A DNA stretch of 64,000 nucleotides. Source: Snowella sp. (lineage in GTDB: Bacteria; Cyanobacteriota; Cyanobacteriia; Cyanobacteriales; Microcystaceae). How positions within the stretch are numbered: the stretch's first letter is position 1; each line of letters starts with the position of its first letter. Positions 20,438 through 29,849 of this stretch are shown here, piece after piece. A program made the position numbers and the translations under genes. The stretch lies in contig JAYKGY010000019.1 in assembly GCA_035285545.1 (NCBI GenBank), positions 1 to 64,000 on the forward strand. Direction: 5' to 3'. Below the pieces are notes generated by a model. That model made no database searches, had not been told where the DNA came from, and saw nothing but the letters and a program-made list of their open reading frames with translations.

Positions 20438-21133
20438 ATGTCCCAGAAACCCATTGTCGTTGCCCCTTCCATTCTATCGGCAGATTTTAGTCGTTTAGGA
20501 GAAGAGATCCAAGCTGTTGACAAAGCAGGAGCCGATTGGATTCACGTTGATGTTATGGATGGAAGATTTGTTCCTAATATCACCATTGGCCCCTTAATCG
20601 TTGATGCCATCCGCCCTTATACGAAAAAACCGCTGGATGTGCATTTAATGATTGTTGAACCCGAAAAATATGTGGCTGACTTTGCGAAAGCAGGGGCTGA
20701 TATTATTTCCGTCCATGCTGAACACAATGCCTCTCCCCATTTACACCGTACCCTTTGTCAAATTCGGGAGTTGGGTAAGCAATCGGGTGTAGTTCTCAAT
20801 CCTTCTACTCCCTTAGATCTCATTGAGTATGTCTTGCCGGTGTGTGATCTGGTGTTAATTATGAGTGTTAACCCTGGGTTTGGTGGCCAAAGCTTTATTC
20901 CTGAAGTTATTCCCAAAATCAAAAAGCTTCGTCAAATGTGTGATGAACGGGGATTAGATCCCTGGATCGAGGTAGATGGGGGGTTGAAGCCCAATAACAC
21001 TTGGCAGGTTTTAGAAGTCGGTGCCAACGCGATCGTTGCTGGCTCAGCAGTTTTCAATGCACCAGATTATGCGACTGCTGTTGAAGGGGTACGTAATAGC
21101 AAACGTCCTGAACCTCAATTAGCCGCAGTTTAA
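20438..21133 (+). CDS. rpe: Ribulose-phosphate 3-epimerase
   Basis: [42 protein letters not shown] motifs. Confidence 0.97.
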   Translation: MSQKPIVVAPSILSADFSRLGEEIQAVDKAGADWIHVDVMDGRFVPNITIGPLIVDAIRPYTKKPLDVHLMIVEPEKYVADFAKAGADIISVHAEHNASPHLHRTLCQIRELGKQSGVVLNPSTPLDLIEYVLPVCDLVLIMSVNPGFGGQSFIPEVIPKIKKLRQMCDERGLDPWIEVDGGLKPNNTWQVLEVGANAIVAGSAVFNAPDYATAVEGVRNSKRPEPQLAAV

Positions 21134-21370
21134 GGATTTGCTAATTTTGTTAAAGATTGAAGAATAAAGGGCTATCTCATTTAAGATTGTCCTTTTTTAT
21201 TTTGTCATCGCACTCAACAAGCTTCTACGGTATCTTAAAATTAATCTAAAATTTAGGGAACAAAGTTTTAAGGATGACCTTCAACCAAGCAGACTTATTT
21301 AATACCTATTTACAGCTAATAAGTAGAGAAGCATAAATAAACGTAAAATCGTTAAATCGTTTTGCGCTTT

Positions 21371-21419
21371 ATCCCCCCTGCCCCACCTTATTAAGGGGGG
21401 TGCCGATAGACGGGGGGAT
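21371..21419. repeat. GC-rich palindromic dispersed repeat (cyanobacterial REP/SDR-like)
   Basis: ATCCCCCC...CCCCACCTTATTAAGGGGGG...GGGGGGAT: nested inverted repeats within an AT-rich intergenic region. Confidence 0.7.
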
Positions 21420-21571
21420 TATATGAAAATTGAGAATCCTCTATTTATTATTTAAAATAGCTTAAAAATATTGAAAACTAATTATTTGAACGATTAAAAC
21501 TTGAAAGCGGGAGGATATTACCTATTAAAGCGTCGCTACTTAATTACTTTATTCCCTTCTATGATCCAGAT

Positions 21572-22693
21572 GTGAAAAATTGGTCGGGGGAAGCTCGATT
21601 GATACGCTGGGTCACATTCGCCTGGTTAATTTTAGGGCTGATTGTCTTATTTTCTGCTTCTTTTCCAGAAGGAGAGGCGAATTATGATGATGGGCTATAT
21701 ATTATCAAGCGTCAATTGTTGTTTGTGTGGATTGGGATGATTGCTTTTAATTTTATTGTGCGATCGCCGTTGTCCTACATGATCAATATTGCACCTTGGG
21801 GAGTCTTTCTCTTCTTGGGGTTGATTTTTTCGACCTTGGTGGGATTAGGAACAGAAGTCAATGGAGCGACCCGTTGGATTGCCATTGGGCCCTTTTTATT
21901 GCAACCCTCGGAATTCATGAAGCCATTTTTGGTGATTCAGAGCGCGCGAATTTTTGGGAATTGGAATCGTCATCCTTGGAAAGTACGATTGACTTGGATT
22001 GGTATCTTTGGAGCCGTTTTAGCCGGAATTTTATTACAACCGAATTTAAGTACGACCGCGCTGTGTGGAATAACCATCTGGTTAATCGCTCTTGCGTCTG
22101 GCTTACCCTATACTTACTTAGGTTCAACGGCTTTTCTGGGAGCTTCAACCGCTGTTTTAAGTATTACTTTGCGAGAATATCAACGTAAACGGATTACCTC
22201 CTTCCTTGATCCCTGGGCTGATCCGTTGGGAAACGGGTATCAATTAGTGCAGAGTTTATATGCAGTGGGTTCAGGGGGCGTTTTGGGAGCAGGTTACGGG
22301 ATGTCCCAGCAAAAATTATTTTATTTGCCGATTCAATATACAGACTTTATTTTTTCAGTTTACGCAGAAGAATTCGGCTTAATTGGCGGAGTTGCTTTAC
22401 TGGGGATGCTGCTGTTCTATGCAACCTTGGCGTTGCGAATTGCTATGCGGTGTACCCATCGAGTTAAGCGTTTGATTGCCATAGGTGTCATGGTTGTCAT
22501 GGTGGGTCAAGCTCTTCTGAATATTGGGGTTGCTACAGGGGCTTTACCCACAACGGGTTTACCGTTCCCCTTGTTTAGTTATGGCGGAAGTTCTGTGGTC
22601 GCTTCTTTAGTGTTAGCGGCGTTAATTATTCGGGTTGCCAGAGAAAGCAATGAAGCCGAAGTGGTTCCCTTCAATCAACGTCAAGTAACCTAG
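21572..22693 (+). CDS. ftsW: SEDS-family peptidoglycan polymerase FtsW (true start probably upstream)
   Basis: NGATRWI, LQPSEFMK, LLQPNLST, GYQLVQS, TDFIFSVYAEEFG, PTTGLPFPLFSYGGSS motifs. Confidence 0.9.
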   Translation: MKNWSGEARLIRWVTFAWLILGLIVLFSASFPEGEANYDDGLYIIKRQLLFVWIGMIAFNFIVRSPLSYMINIAPWGVFLFLGLIFSTLVGLGTEVNGATRWIAIGPFLLQPSEFMKPFLVIQSARIFGNWNRHPWKVRLTWIGIFGAVLAGILLQPNLSTTALCGITIWLIALASGLPYTYLGSTAFLGASTAVLSITLREYQRKRITSFLDPWADPLGNGYQLVQSLYAVGSGGVLGAGYGMSQQKLFYLPIQYTDFIFSVYAEEFGLIGGVALLGMLLFYATLALRIAMRCTHRVKRLIAIGVMVVMVGQALLNIGVATGALPTTGLPFPLFSYGGSSVVASLVLAALIIRVARESNEAEVVPFNQRQVT

Positions 22694-22758
22694 ATTGATG
22701 GCATTAAAACCGAACTTTTTTGATGGGTTTTTACGGCTCTGCTGTCTCAGTACGAAAA

Positions 22759-22776
22759 TTTACATTTCGTTACAAT
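22759..22776 (+). promoter_or_regulatory. HLR1 motif (RpaB binding site) upstream of the site-2 protease
   Basis: TTTACATT-TC-GTTACAAT is an exact (G/T)TTACA(T/A)(T/A)-N2 direct repeat. Confidence 0.7.
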
Positions 22777-22831
22777 TAAGAATAGCAACGAGGGAAAAAG
22801 TGATTTTCCCTGATCACAAGGAGAGTTTCCG

Positions 22832-23944
22832 ATGAATGGTAACTTACGAGTCGGTACTTTATTTGGGATTCCGTTTTATGTGAATCCGTCTTGGTTTTTA
22901 ATTTTGGGCTTAGTCACATTGAGTTATGGACAGCAACTAGCCCAGTTTCCTCAGCTATCGGGATTAACGCCTTGGCTTTTAGGCTTTGCTACTGCTTTAC
23001 TCCTATTCGCTTCCGTCTTAGTCCATGAGTTGGGTCATAGTTTAGTGGCGATCGCGCAGGGAATTGAAGTTAAATCGATTACCCTATTTCTCTTTGGGGG
23101 CTTAGCCAGTTTAGAAAAAGAATCGAAAACGCCGCTAGAAGCCTTTGGCGTGGCGATCGCAGGGCCGGCAGTTAGCTTACTGTTATTTGTCCTATTTACC
23201 CTAGTCGGTCTGACCATTCCTTTACCTTTGCCCTTACAAGCCATTATTGGTTTATTGGGAGCAATTAACTTAGCGTTAGGTTTATTTAACCTCATTCCTG
23301 GCTTACCGCTTGATGGGGGCAATATTCTTAAAGCGTTAGTGTGGAAATTGAGCGGAAACCAAAATCAAGGCATTATCATCGCCAGTCGAGCCGGCCAGAT
23401 CTTTGGTTGGGCTGCGATCGCGATCGGTGGGTTAGGCATCTTAGGGATTAGCCCTATCGGTAACTTCTGGACATTATTAATTGGTTGGTTCCTCTTACAA
23501 AATGCGGGATTCTCTGCCCGTAATGCTCAGGTAAAAGACAGCTTAGAAAGCCATACAGCCGCCGAAGCCGTGATTCCCAATAGCCCCATCGTGACAGAAG
23601 GGTTAACCTTAAGAGAATTTGTCAATAATTACGTCATTGGTAAAGAAAGCTGGCGTAAATTTCTGGTGACGAATGAATTGGGTCAACTGGTTGGTGTGCT
23701 AGAAGTAGATGGTTTGAAAAAAATTCCCACGTCGGATTGGACAGCCTTAACAGTCCATCAAGCCATGACCTCACCCGACAGCTTACAAACCGTTAAAGCG
23801 AATCAATCTCTATTTGAGGTTGCCCAGTTATTAGACCAGCAAAAAATTGCCCAATTAGCAGTCATTCAAGACAGTGGGGAAGTCTTAGGTCTATTGGAAA
23901 AAGCTTCGATTGCTCAATGTTTACAAAAAGCCTTAGTTGCTTAA
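22832..23944 (+). CDS. Site-2 protease (peptidase M50) with CBS domains
   Basis: HELGH zinc motif, FNLIPGLPLDGG, multiple TM segments, C-terminal CBS-like pair. Confidence 0.92.
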   Translation: MNGNLRVGTLFGIPFYVNPSWFLILGLVTLSYGQQLAQFPQLSGLTPWLLGFATALLLFASVLVHELGHSLVAIAQGIEVKSITLFLFGGLASLEKESKTPLEAFGVAIAGPAVSLLLFVLFTLVGLTIPLPLPLQAIIGLLGAINLALGLFNLIPGLPLDGGNILKALVWKLSGNQNQGIIIASRAGQIFGWAAIAIGGLGILGISPIGNFWTLLIGWFLLQNAGFSARNAQVKDSLESHTAAEAVIPNSPIVTEGLTLREFVNNYVIGKESWRKFLVTNELGQLVGVLEVDGLKKIPTSDWTALTVHQAMTSPDSLQTVKANQSLFEVAQLLDQQKIAQLAVIQDSGEVLGLLEKASIAQCLQKALVA

Positions 23945-24065
23945 TTTTCAAGAATGCCATTCCGTGTAAGGTTTTGTTAACACGCTTCGATTTAGGCGAT
24001 GGGATAGCTAACAATATGATTTTATGAATCGAAATAATTTAGCTTAGGCTATCGTTTTGCTGGGC

Positions 24066-24083
24066 TTTGTAAAGTTATGTAAC
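24066..24083 (-). promoter_or_regulatory. HLR1 motif (RpaB binding site) upstream of chlP
   Basis: Reverse complement GTTACATA-AC-TTTACAAA is an exact consensus match. Confidence 0.7.
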
Positions 24084-24210
24084 GCAGTTGTTAAGCTGTA
24101 TTGCAAGTTTGTGACAAAGTTCAGCGATCGCCTTTCTTTCGACTAAAAAGCTGTGATAGGATTCGATCCGTACTCACTTACTTTTTTACAAAAAATTTAG
24201 GAGAAAAGCC

Positions 24211-25434
24211 TTGGTACTACGGGTCGCAGTTGTCGGAGGAGGCCCCGCTGGTTCTTCCGCAGCCGAAATTTTAGCAAAAGCGGGAATTGAAACCTACCTG
24301 TTTGAGCGCAAACTAGACAACGCCAAACCCTGCGGTGGTGCGATTCCCCTCTGTATGGTCAGTGAGTTCGATCTGCCCCCTGAGATTATTGATCGTCAGG
24401 TTCGCAAGATGAAAATGATCTCGCCTTCCAATATTGAGGTAAATATCGGTCAAACGCTCAAGCCTGATGAATATATTGGGATGTGCCGTCGGGAGGTGCT
24501 AGATGGTTTCCTTCGCGATCGCGCTGCCAAATTAGGGGCAAAATTAATTAACGGTACGATGTACCAATTGGATATTCCCAAAAACGATACCGATCCCTAC
24601 ACGCTCCATTACGCGGATCATTCCAATGGTTCGACCCAAGGGGAAATGAAATCCCTACAGGTAGATTTGGTTATTGGTGCGGATGGGGCAAATTCCCGTG
24701 TGGCTAAAGCGATTGATGCGGGGGATTACAATTACGCGATCGCGTTCCAAGAGCGGATTCGTTTACCCCAAGACAAGATGGCCTATTACGAAGATTTGGC
24801 TGAAATGTACGTTGGTGATGACGTTTCTCCCGACTTCTACGCTTGGGTTTTCCCGAAATATGACCACGTTGCAGTGGGAACGGGAACCATGAAGGTTAAC
24901 AAGGCTAAAATCAAAGACCTCCAAGCTGGCATTCGTACCCGTGCGGCTAAAAAATTAGAAGGTGGCGAAATCATCAAGGTTGAAGCTCATCCCATTCCTG
25001 AACATCCCAGACCTCGGCGTGTGGTTGGCCGTGTTGCCCTCGTAGGTGATGCTGCGGGAACCGTTACCAAGTCTTCTGGTGAAGGGATTTATTTCGCAGC
25101 TAAATCAGCCCGTATGTGTGCGGAAACGATTGTTGCTACCAGTAATAATGGTCAACGGATTCCCACTGAAGCTGACCTCAAGTCCTATATCAAGGAGTGG
25201 GATAAGCGTTACGGCATGACCTATTTAGTGTTGGATATTCTGCAACGGGTCTTCTACCGCACTGATGCAACCAGAGAAGCCTTTGTTGAAATGTGTGCAG
25301 ATATCGATGTACAGAAGTTAACTTTCGACAGTTATCTGTATAAAACGGTTGTTCCTGCAAATCCGTTAATCCAAATGAAGATTACTGCAAAAACGATTGG
25401 TAGTTTATTACGGGGTAATGCTTTAGCTCCTTAA
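24211..25434 (+). CDS. chlP: Geranylgeranyl reductase
   Basis: VAVVGGGPAG, AKPCGGAIPLCM, VGDAAG and SGEGIYFA motifs. TTG start after AGGAG. Confidence 0.96.
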   Translation: MVLRVAVVGGGPAGSSAAEILAKAGIETYLFERKLDNAKPCGGAIPLCMVSEFDLPPEIIDRQVRKMKMISPSNIEVNIGQTLKPDEYIGMCRREVLDGFLRDRAAKLGAKLINGTMYQLDIPKNDTDPYTLHYADHSNGSTQGEMKSLQVDLVIGADGANSRVAKAIDAGDYNYAIAFQERIRLPQDKMAYYEDLAEMYVGDDVSPDFYAWVFPKYDHVAVGTGTMKVNKAKIKDLQAGIRTRAAKKLEGGEIIKVEAHPIPEHPRPRRVVGRVALVGDAAGTVTKSSGEGIYFAAKSARMCAETIVATSNNGQRIPTEADLKSYIKEWDKRYGMTYLVLDILQRVFYRTDATREAFVEMCADIDVQKLTFDSYLYKTVVPANPLIQMKITAKTIGSLLRGNALAP

Positions 25435-25476
25435 TCGTTATTAACTTGTTAATTCAATGATTTTTCAGTAAAATAG

Positions 25477-25502
25477 AAGGGTAAGTTTCGGCTTACCCTT
25501 TT
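25477..25502 (+). terminator. Intrinsic terminator after chlP
   Basis: AAGGGTAAGT-TTCG-GCTTACCCTT-TT hairpin. Confidence 0.75.
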
Positions 25503-25534
25503 CACGTTTAAAGTTAAGCTGTTATTAAAAGGCA

Positions 25535-27637
25535 ATGGAAGCAAATCCAAAATCAATTCTGAAGGTATTTAGTAGCGGTGGTGATATACGCTATGTTTTA
25601 CCTCCTTTTCAACGGGAATATAGTTGGGAGAAAAAACAGTGGGAAACTTTATTGAATGATGCTTTTGCAATTTATGAAGAATATGATGGCGATGAAAATA
25701 ATCCTCCTGAGCACTTTTTAGGTTCTTTAGTTGTTATTAATGAAGGCGAACATAATAGTGATATTGAATCATTCAAATTAGTTGATGGTCAACAAAGATT
25801 AACAACTATTTCTCTTCTGTGCTGTGCTTTAAGAGAACTTGCAGAGGAAAAGCATAAAAAATTAGCTCAAAAATATAACAAACTTTTAGTTAATTCTAAT
25901 GAAAGCCCTGATGATGATTCTTATTACAAACTTCTGCCAACAAATAAATACGGTGATAGAATTGCTTATCAATCTATAATGAAGAATCAACCGCTTGATC
26001 ATAAAGTTGAATCGGTCATTCCTTCTGCTTATCAATATATTTTTGATGAAGTTAGCCAAAAGATTAATTCAGGACAAATTTTTCCTGATAATTTTTATAA
26101 TGTAATTGTTAAATGCTTTCAAGTAGTTTATATTAATTTAGATAGTAATGAGAGTCCCTATAAAATTTTTGAAAGTTTAAATGCGAAAGGAAAAGATTTA
26201 TCTCAAGCTGATTTAGTCCGTAATTATATTGCAATGCGATTGCCGATAAAAAAACAAGATCAAATTTTCAATAATTACTGGGCAAAAATTGAAAGCCTTT
26301 TACAAGAAAAAAGGACTGTTGGTAAGTCGAGAATTGGAGAATTAACTGCATTTCTTCGTCATTATTTAGCTTCAAATTCTAAAATATTATGTGCAGAAGA
26401 GCATATTTATGCACGTTTTAGAGATCGTTGTGAAAAGCATTTCAATGAAGATAAAAAATTTATTGATGAAATTATTAGACTTAGTAAATTCGCAGAATTT
26501 TATAATTGTTTTTTGCGTCCGCTGTCTGAAAAAGATAAGGATATATCTGAAAGTTTAGAGCGTCTCAATAGACTTGACATATCAACAGCTTATCCATTTT
26601 TACTGTCTGTTTATTATAGTTATAACTCTCAACAATTTTCAAAATCTCAATTTTTGGATATTTTAAAAACCTTAGAAAATTATTTAGTTAGAAGATACTT
26701 GGTTGGTGAATCAACTAATTACTTAAATAAAATGTTTCCAAGTCTTTGGCATGAAATACAAAAAGATGTTGCTAATGATAAAGAAGCTAATGATGCTATT
26801 CAAAAAGTTCTTTCAACCAAACGTTATCCTTCTAATGAGGAAATATTAGAAGTTTTAAAGAAAGCAAAATTATATGAAAATAATCCTAGAGGGCGTGAAA
26901 AATTATGTTTTGTTTTTGAAAGTATAAACCGTCATTTATCCTTTGGTTCTGGTGGTTATACTGTTTTAACAGGTAAAGCAACAATTGAGCATATATTACC
27001 CCAAACTCCAAACTCAGATTGGAAAGAAAGTCTTGGAAATGACTTTGAGCGCATCTATCAAAACTATCTTAATACAATAGGAAATCTTACAATTGTAACT
27101 CCAGAATGGAATAGTAGTTTATCGAACCGCTCTTTTTTAGAAAAGAAAAAAATGTTAGCTTTTCATGGTTTAAAAATTAATTCTGACTATTTTTCCAAAA
27201 ATATTAACAAATGGGATGAATCTGAAATCACAAAACGAATGAAATTTATAATTAATAAAATCTTTGATGTTTGGCCATCATTTGATTATTTATCAGAAAA
27301 TAAAAGCAATAATTATAGTAAACCGCCTGTATTTTTAAATATTCGTTCAGAGTTAATTGAAATTTCTGAACCAACTTGGAGACAGCTAAAAATAGCAGTA
27401 GTTGAATGGGGAATCAAAAATTATCCAAATTTATTTTTAACTGCACAGCAGGAGTTAGCAACTCATTTTTGTGATGATCCTGACAAAGATGAAACAACAA
27501 AACAATGGCAAAAATTAAGTAATAATATTTATCTTTCTATTAATTATTCAGCCAAAGACCACGTTAGATTTTGTACTAATTTTTTAGAAATAATGGGAGT
27601 CTTATCTTCCGAATGGTCATATAGCAATCCTAAATGA
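25535..27637 (+). CDS. GmrSD-type modification-dependent restriction protein (DUF262 + DUF1524 HNH) with C-terminal extension
   Basis: PPFQREYSW, VDGQQRLTT and IFESLNAKG (DUF262); TIEHILPQ, IGNLT and NSSLSN (DUF1524). AT-rich; no HIP1 site noticed. Confidence 0.9.
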   Translation: MEANPKSILKVFSSGGDIRYVLPPFQREYSWEKKQWETLLNDAFAIYEEYDGDENNPPEHFLGSLVVINEGEHNSDIESFKLVDGQQRLTTISLLCCALRELAEEKHKKLAQKYNKLLVNSNESPDDDSYYKLLPTNKYGDRIAYQSIMKNQPLDHKVESVIPSAYQYIFDEVSQKINSGQIFPDNFYNVIVKCFQVVYINLDSNESPYKIFESLNAKGKDLSQADLVRNYIAMRLPIKKQDQIFNNYWAKIESLLQEKRTVGKSRIGELTAFLRHYLASNSKILCAEEHIYARFRDRCEKHFNEDKKFIDEIIRLSKFAEFYNCFLRPLSEKDKDISESLERLNRLDISTAYPFLLSVYYSYNSQQFSKSQFLDILKTLENYLVRRYLVGESTNYLNKMFPSLWHEIQKDVANDKEANDAIQKVLSTKRYPSNEEILEVLKKAKLYENNPRGREKLCFVFESINRHLSFGSGGYTVLTGKATIEHILPQTPNSDWKESLGNDFERIYQNYLNTIGNLTIVTPEWNSSLSNRSFLEKKKMLAFHGLKINSDYFSKNINKWDESEITKRMKFIINKIFDVWPSFDYLSENKSNNYSKPPVFLNIRSELIEISEPTWRQLKIAVVEWGIKNYPNLFLTAQQELATHFCDDPDKDETTKQWQKLSNNIYLSINYSAKDHVRFCTNFLEIMGVLSSEWSYSNPK

Positions 27638-27711
27638 TTCGTGTTGTTGAGAAGCTCGAAACCCTTACCCAGAGTAGCATCGATATTTACAACCTGTTTA
27701 GGACTGCTATA
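27620..27711. mobile_element. 92-bp MITE with 15-bp terminal inverted repeats and TA ends (IS630/Tc1-mariner-like)
   Basis: Left end TATAGCAATCCTAAA; right end TTTAGGACTGCTATA (reverse complement TATAGCAGTCCTAAA, 1 mismatch). No coding capacity. Confidence 0.8.
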
Positions 27712-28039
27712 TCAAACAAAAGATTAATTTATGCGACTTATGAATTTCTGGTAAATAATAAGTATTCTCAATTCAGCCGCGTAAAGATAACAAAGTAAAC
27801 CCCTATCAAATTTAATGATTTTCTATTTGTCAAGAAAAAAGTTAATGTCTTTAGAAAAGTAAAATTTTGATAATTTTACCGTTAACTGATATATGGATTC
27901 AGAAGAGAAATAGTTAGCACATTGTAAAAAGAACTATCTATAGACAAAAAAAGGCGGTTGCGTATTTAAATAAGTATTTATTGATAAAGTTTATAATAAA
28001 TTATTATAGCTTTAGCTTTTAAGATAAATTCATTGCTAT

Positions 28040-28297
28040 TTAGACTGAGTAAACGAAACGATTGACATTTTCTTGAATCAATTTATCAATTTCTTTACTT
28101 TCCTTAACTTCTTGATTAATTCGTTCTTTAAGTGTTACCCCTGTTTTAATTTCATCACGAGTTATTTGCCTCATCTTTTTCTCTTGTTGTTGAGAGATAT
28201 CTTGTTGTGGAGGAGGAGATACAGAAACAGCGGATGCTTGATTAACCGTACAGAGAGAGAGTAACCATAAAGAAAGAAGTAGAGAGAATTTGGATAT
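28040..28297 (-). pseudogene. Remnant of a secreted protein N-terminus (85 codons from ATA, no canonical start for the signal-like segment)
   Basis: Open frame ISKFSLLLSLWLLSLCTVNQASA-VSVSPPPQQ...IQENVNRFVYSV*: signal-peptide-like start followed by a helical, charged segment. Not in the ORF track. Confidence 0.4.
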
Positions 28298-28322
28298 TTG
28301 TTAAATTTTATATTGACCTTAA

Positions 28323-29804
28323 TTAAAATAATTCTACGTCTTTAAATTGCCCTGTTTTTTGAATATTCGCGGATTCGCTACAAGTCCGAGGGGTAGGAAA
28401 TAACTTATTGGGATTTGCTAAATTATCGGGATTAAAACAGTCTCTAACCCAAGCCATTGTTTCTAAGTCGGTTTCGTTAAACATAGAAGGCATGAAATTA
28501 TTTTTATCGGAACCAATCCCGTGTTCTCCTGATAAACTGCCGCCTAATTCCACACAACGTTTGAGGATTTCACCGCCTAATTCTTCGACTTTTTCCCATT
28601 CGCCTGGAACCGCATTATTGTACAAAATTAAAGGGTGTAAGTTGCCATCCCCTGCATGAAAAACATTGGCGATCCGAAAACCGAATTTTTCACCCAAGGC
28701 ATTAATATCACTCAGAATTTGCACTAATTGGGTACGAGGGACAACGCCATCTTGCACAAAATAGCTAGGGCTAATCTTTCCTGCTGCTGCAAAAGCGGCT
28801 TTTCGTCCTTTCCACATGGTCAAGCGAGTTTCAGGATCATTGGCAGAGGTAATATTTCTGGCTCCATTCTTGCGGCAAATTTCGGCAACTCGTTCCTTAT
28901 TGGCGTGAACTTCGACGGGTAAACCATCCAATTCCACTAATAAAATAGCTGCTGCGTCTCTAGGATAGCAATTGGTCGCGACCACATCCTCTACCGCATT
29001 AATACTAAAGTTATCCATGATTTCCATGCCTGCGGGAATAATTCCAGCCGCAATAATATCAGCGACGGATTGGGCGGTAGCTTCTAGGTTGGTAAAGTCT
29101 GCCAGTAAAACACAGATTGATTCGGGCGTTTTGAGAATTTTTAGGGTAATTTCTGTCGCAATGCCTAATGTCCCTTCTGAGCCGACAAATAAACCCGTTA
29201 AGTCATAGCCTGGCATTTCAGGAATAGATCCACCAACTTCGACAATGGAACCATCGGGAACAACCAGTTTTAAACTCATCACATGGTTAGTGGTCGCACC
29301 GTACTTGAGGCAATGCACACCCCCTGAATTTTCGGCGATATTTCCCCCAATGGAACAAACGGTTTGACTAGAGGGATCGGGGGCATAGTAAAAACCTGCA
29401 CCGCTCACGGCTTGGGTAACCCAGTTATTAATAACGCCTGGTTGGACGACGACTCGTTGATTTTCTAGGTCAACTTCCAAAATTTGGCGCATTCTGGCGG
29501 TAACGATTAAAATCCCGTTTTCTAAGGGTAAGGCTCCCCCTGATAGCCCTGTTCCTGCCCCTCTAGCGACCCAGGGAATTTGCTGGTCATGGCACAGTTT
29601 CACGACTGCGGCGACTTGTTCGGTGGTACGGGGTAAAACCGCGATCGCGGGCCGTTGACGATAACCCGTTAGCCCATCACATTCGTAGGTGAGTAATTCA
29701 TCTTTGCGCTTAATAACCCCATCTTTACCAACAATGGCTTCTAAGGCTTTAATCATCGGTTGCCATTTATTATCTGTCGGTTGAAAGAGGGATTTGAGTA
29801 ACAT
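28323..29804 (-). CDS. glcD: Glycolate oxidase subunit GlcD (FAD-linked oxidase)
   Basis: ARGAGTGLSGGA, YAPDPSSQ, GGNIAENSGGVHCLKYG, HAGDGNLHP, GEHGIG motifs. Confidence 0.93.
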   Translation of the reverse strand: MLLKSLFQPTDNKWQPMIKALEAIVGKDGVIKRKDELLTYECDGLTGYRQRPAIAVLPRTTEQVAAVVKLCHDQQIPWVARGAGTGLSGGALPLENGILIVTARMRQILEVDLENQRVVVQPGVINNWVTQAVSGAGFYYAPDPSSQTVCSIGGNIAENSGGVHCLKYGATTNHVMSLKLVVPDGSIVEVGGSIPEMPGYDLTGLFVGSEGTLGIATEITLKILKTPESICVLLADFTNLEATAQSVADIIAAGIIPAGMEIMDNFSINAVEDVVATNCYPRDAAAILLVELDGLPVEVHANKERVAEICRKNGARNITSANDPETRLTMWKGRKAAFAAAGKISPSYFVQDGVVPRTQLVQILSDINALGEKFGFRIANVFHAGDGNLHPLILYNNAVPGEWEKVEELGGEILKRCVELGGSLSGEHGIGSDKNNFMPSMFNETDLETMAWVRDCFNPDNLANPNKLFPTPRTCSESANIQKTGQFKDVELF

Positions 29805-29849
29805 GGGTTTAAGTTATGTAGGCTAATACTAAAAAAGGGTTATGAATGC

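Noticed and set aside
20263..20440. tRNA-His as an island integration site
   Set aside because: It is flanked directly by core genes; no duplicated tRNA 3' end or integrase nearby.
28073..28264. Plus-strand 63-aa ORF
   Set aside because: Phe/Leu-rich low-complexity mirror of a more plausible minus-strand remnant.
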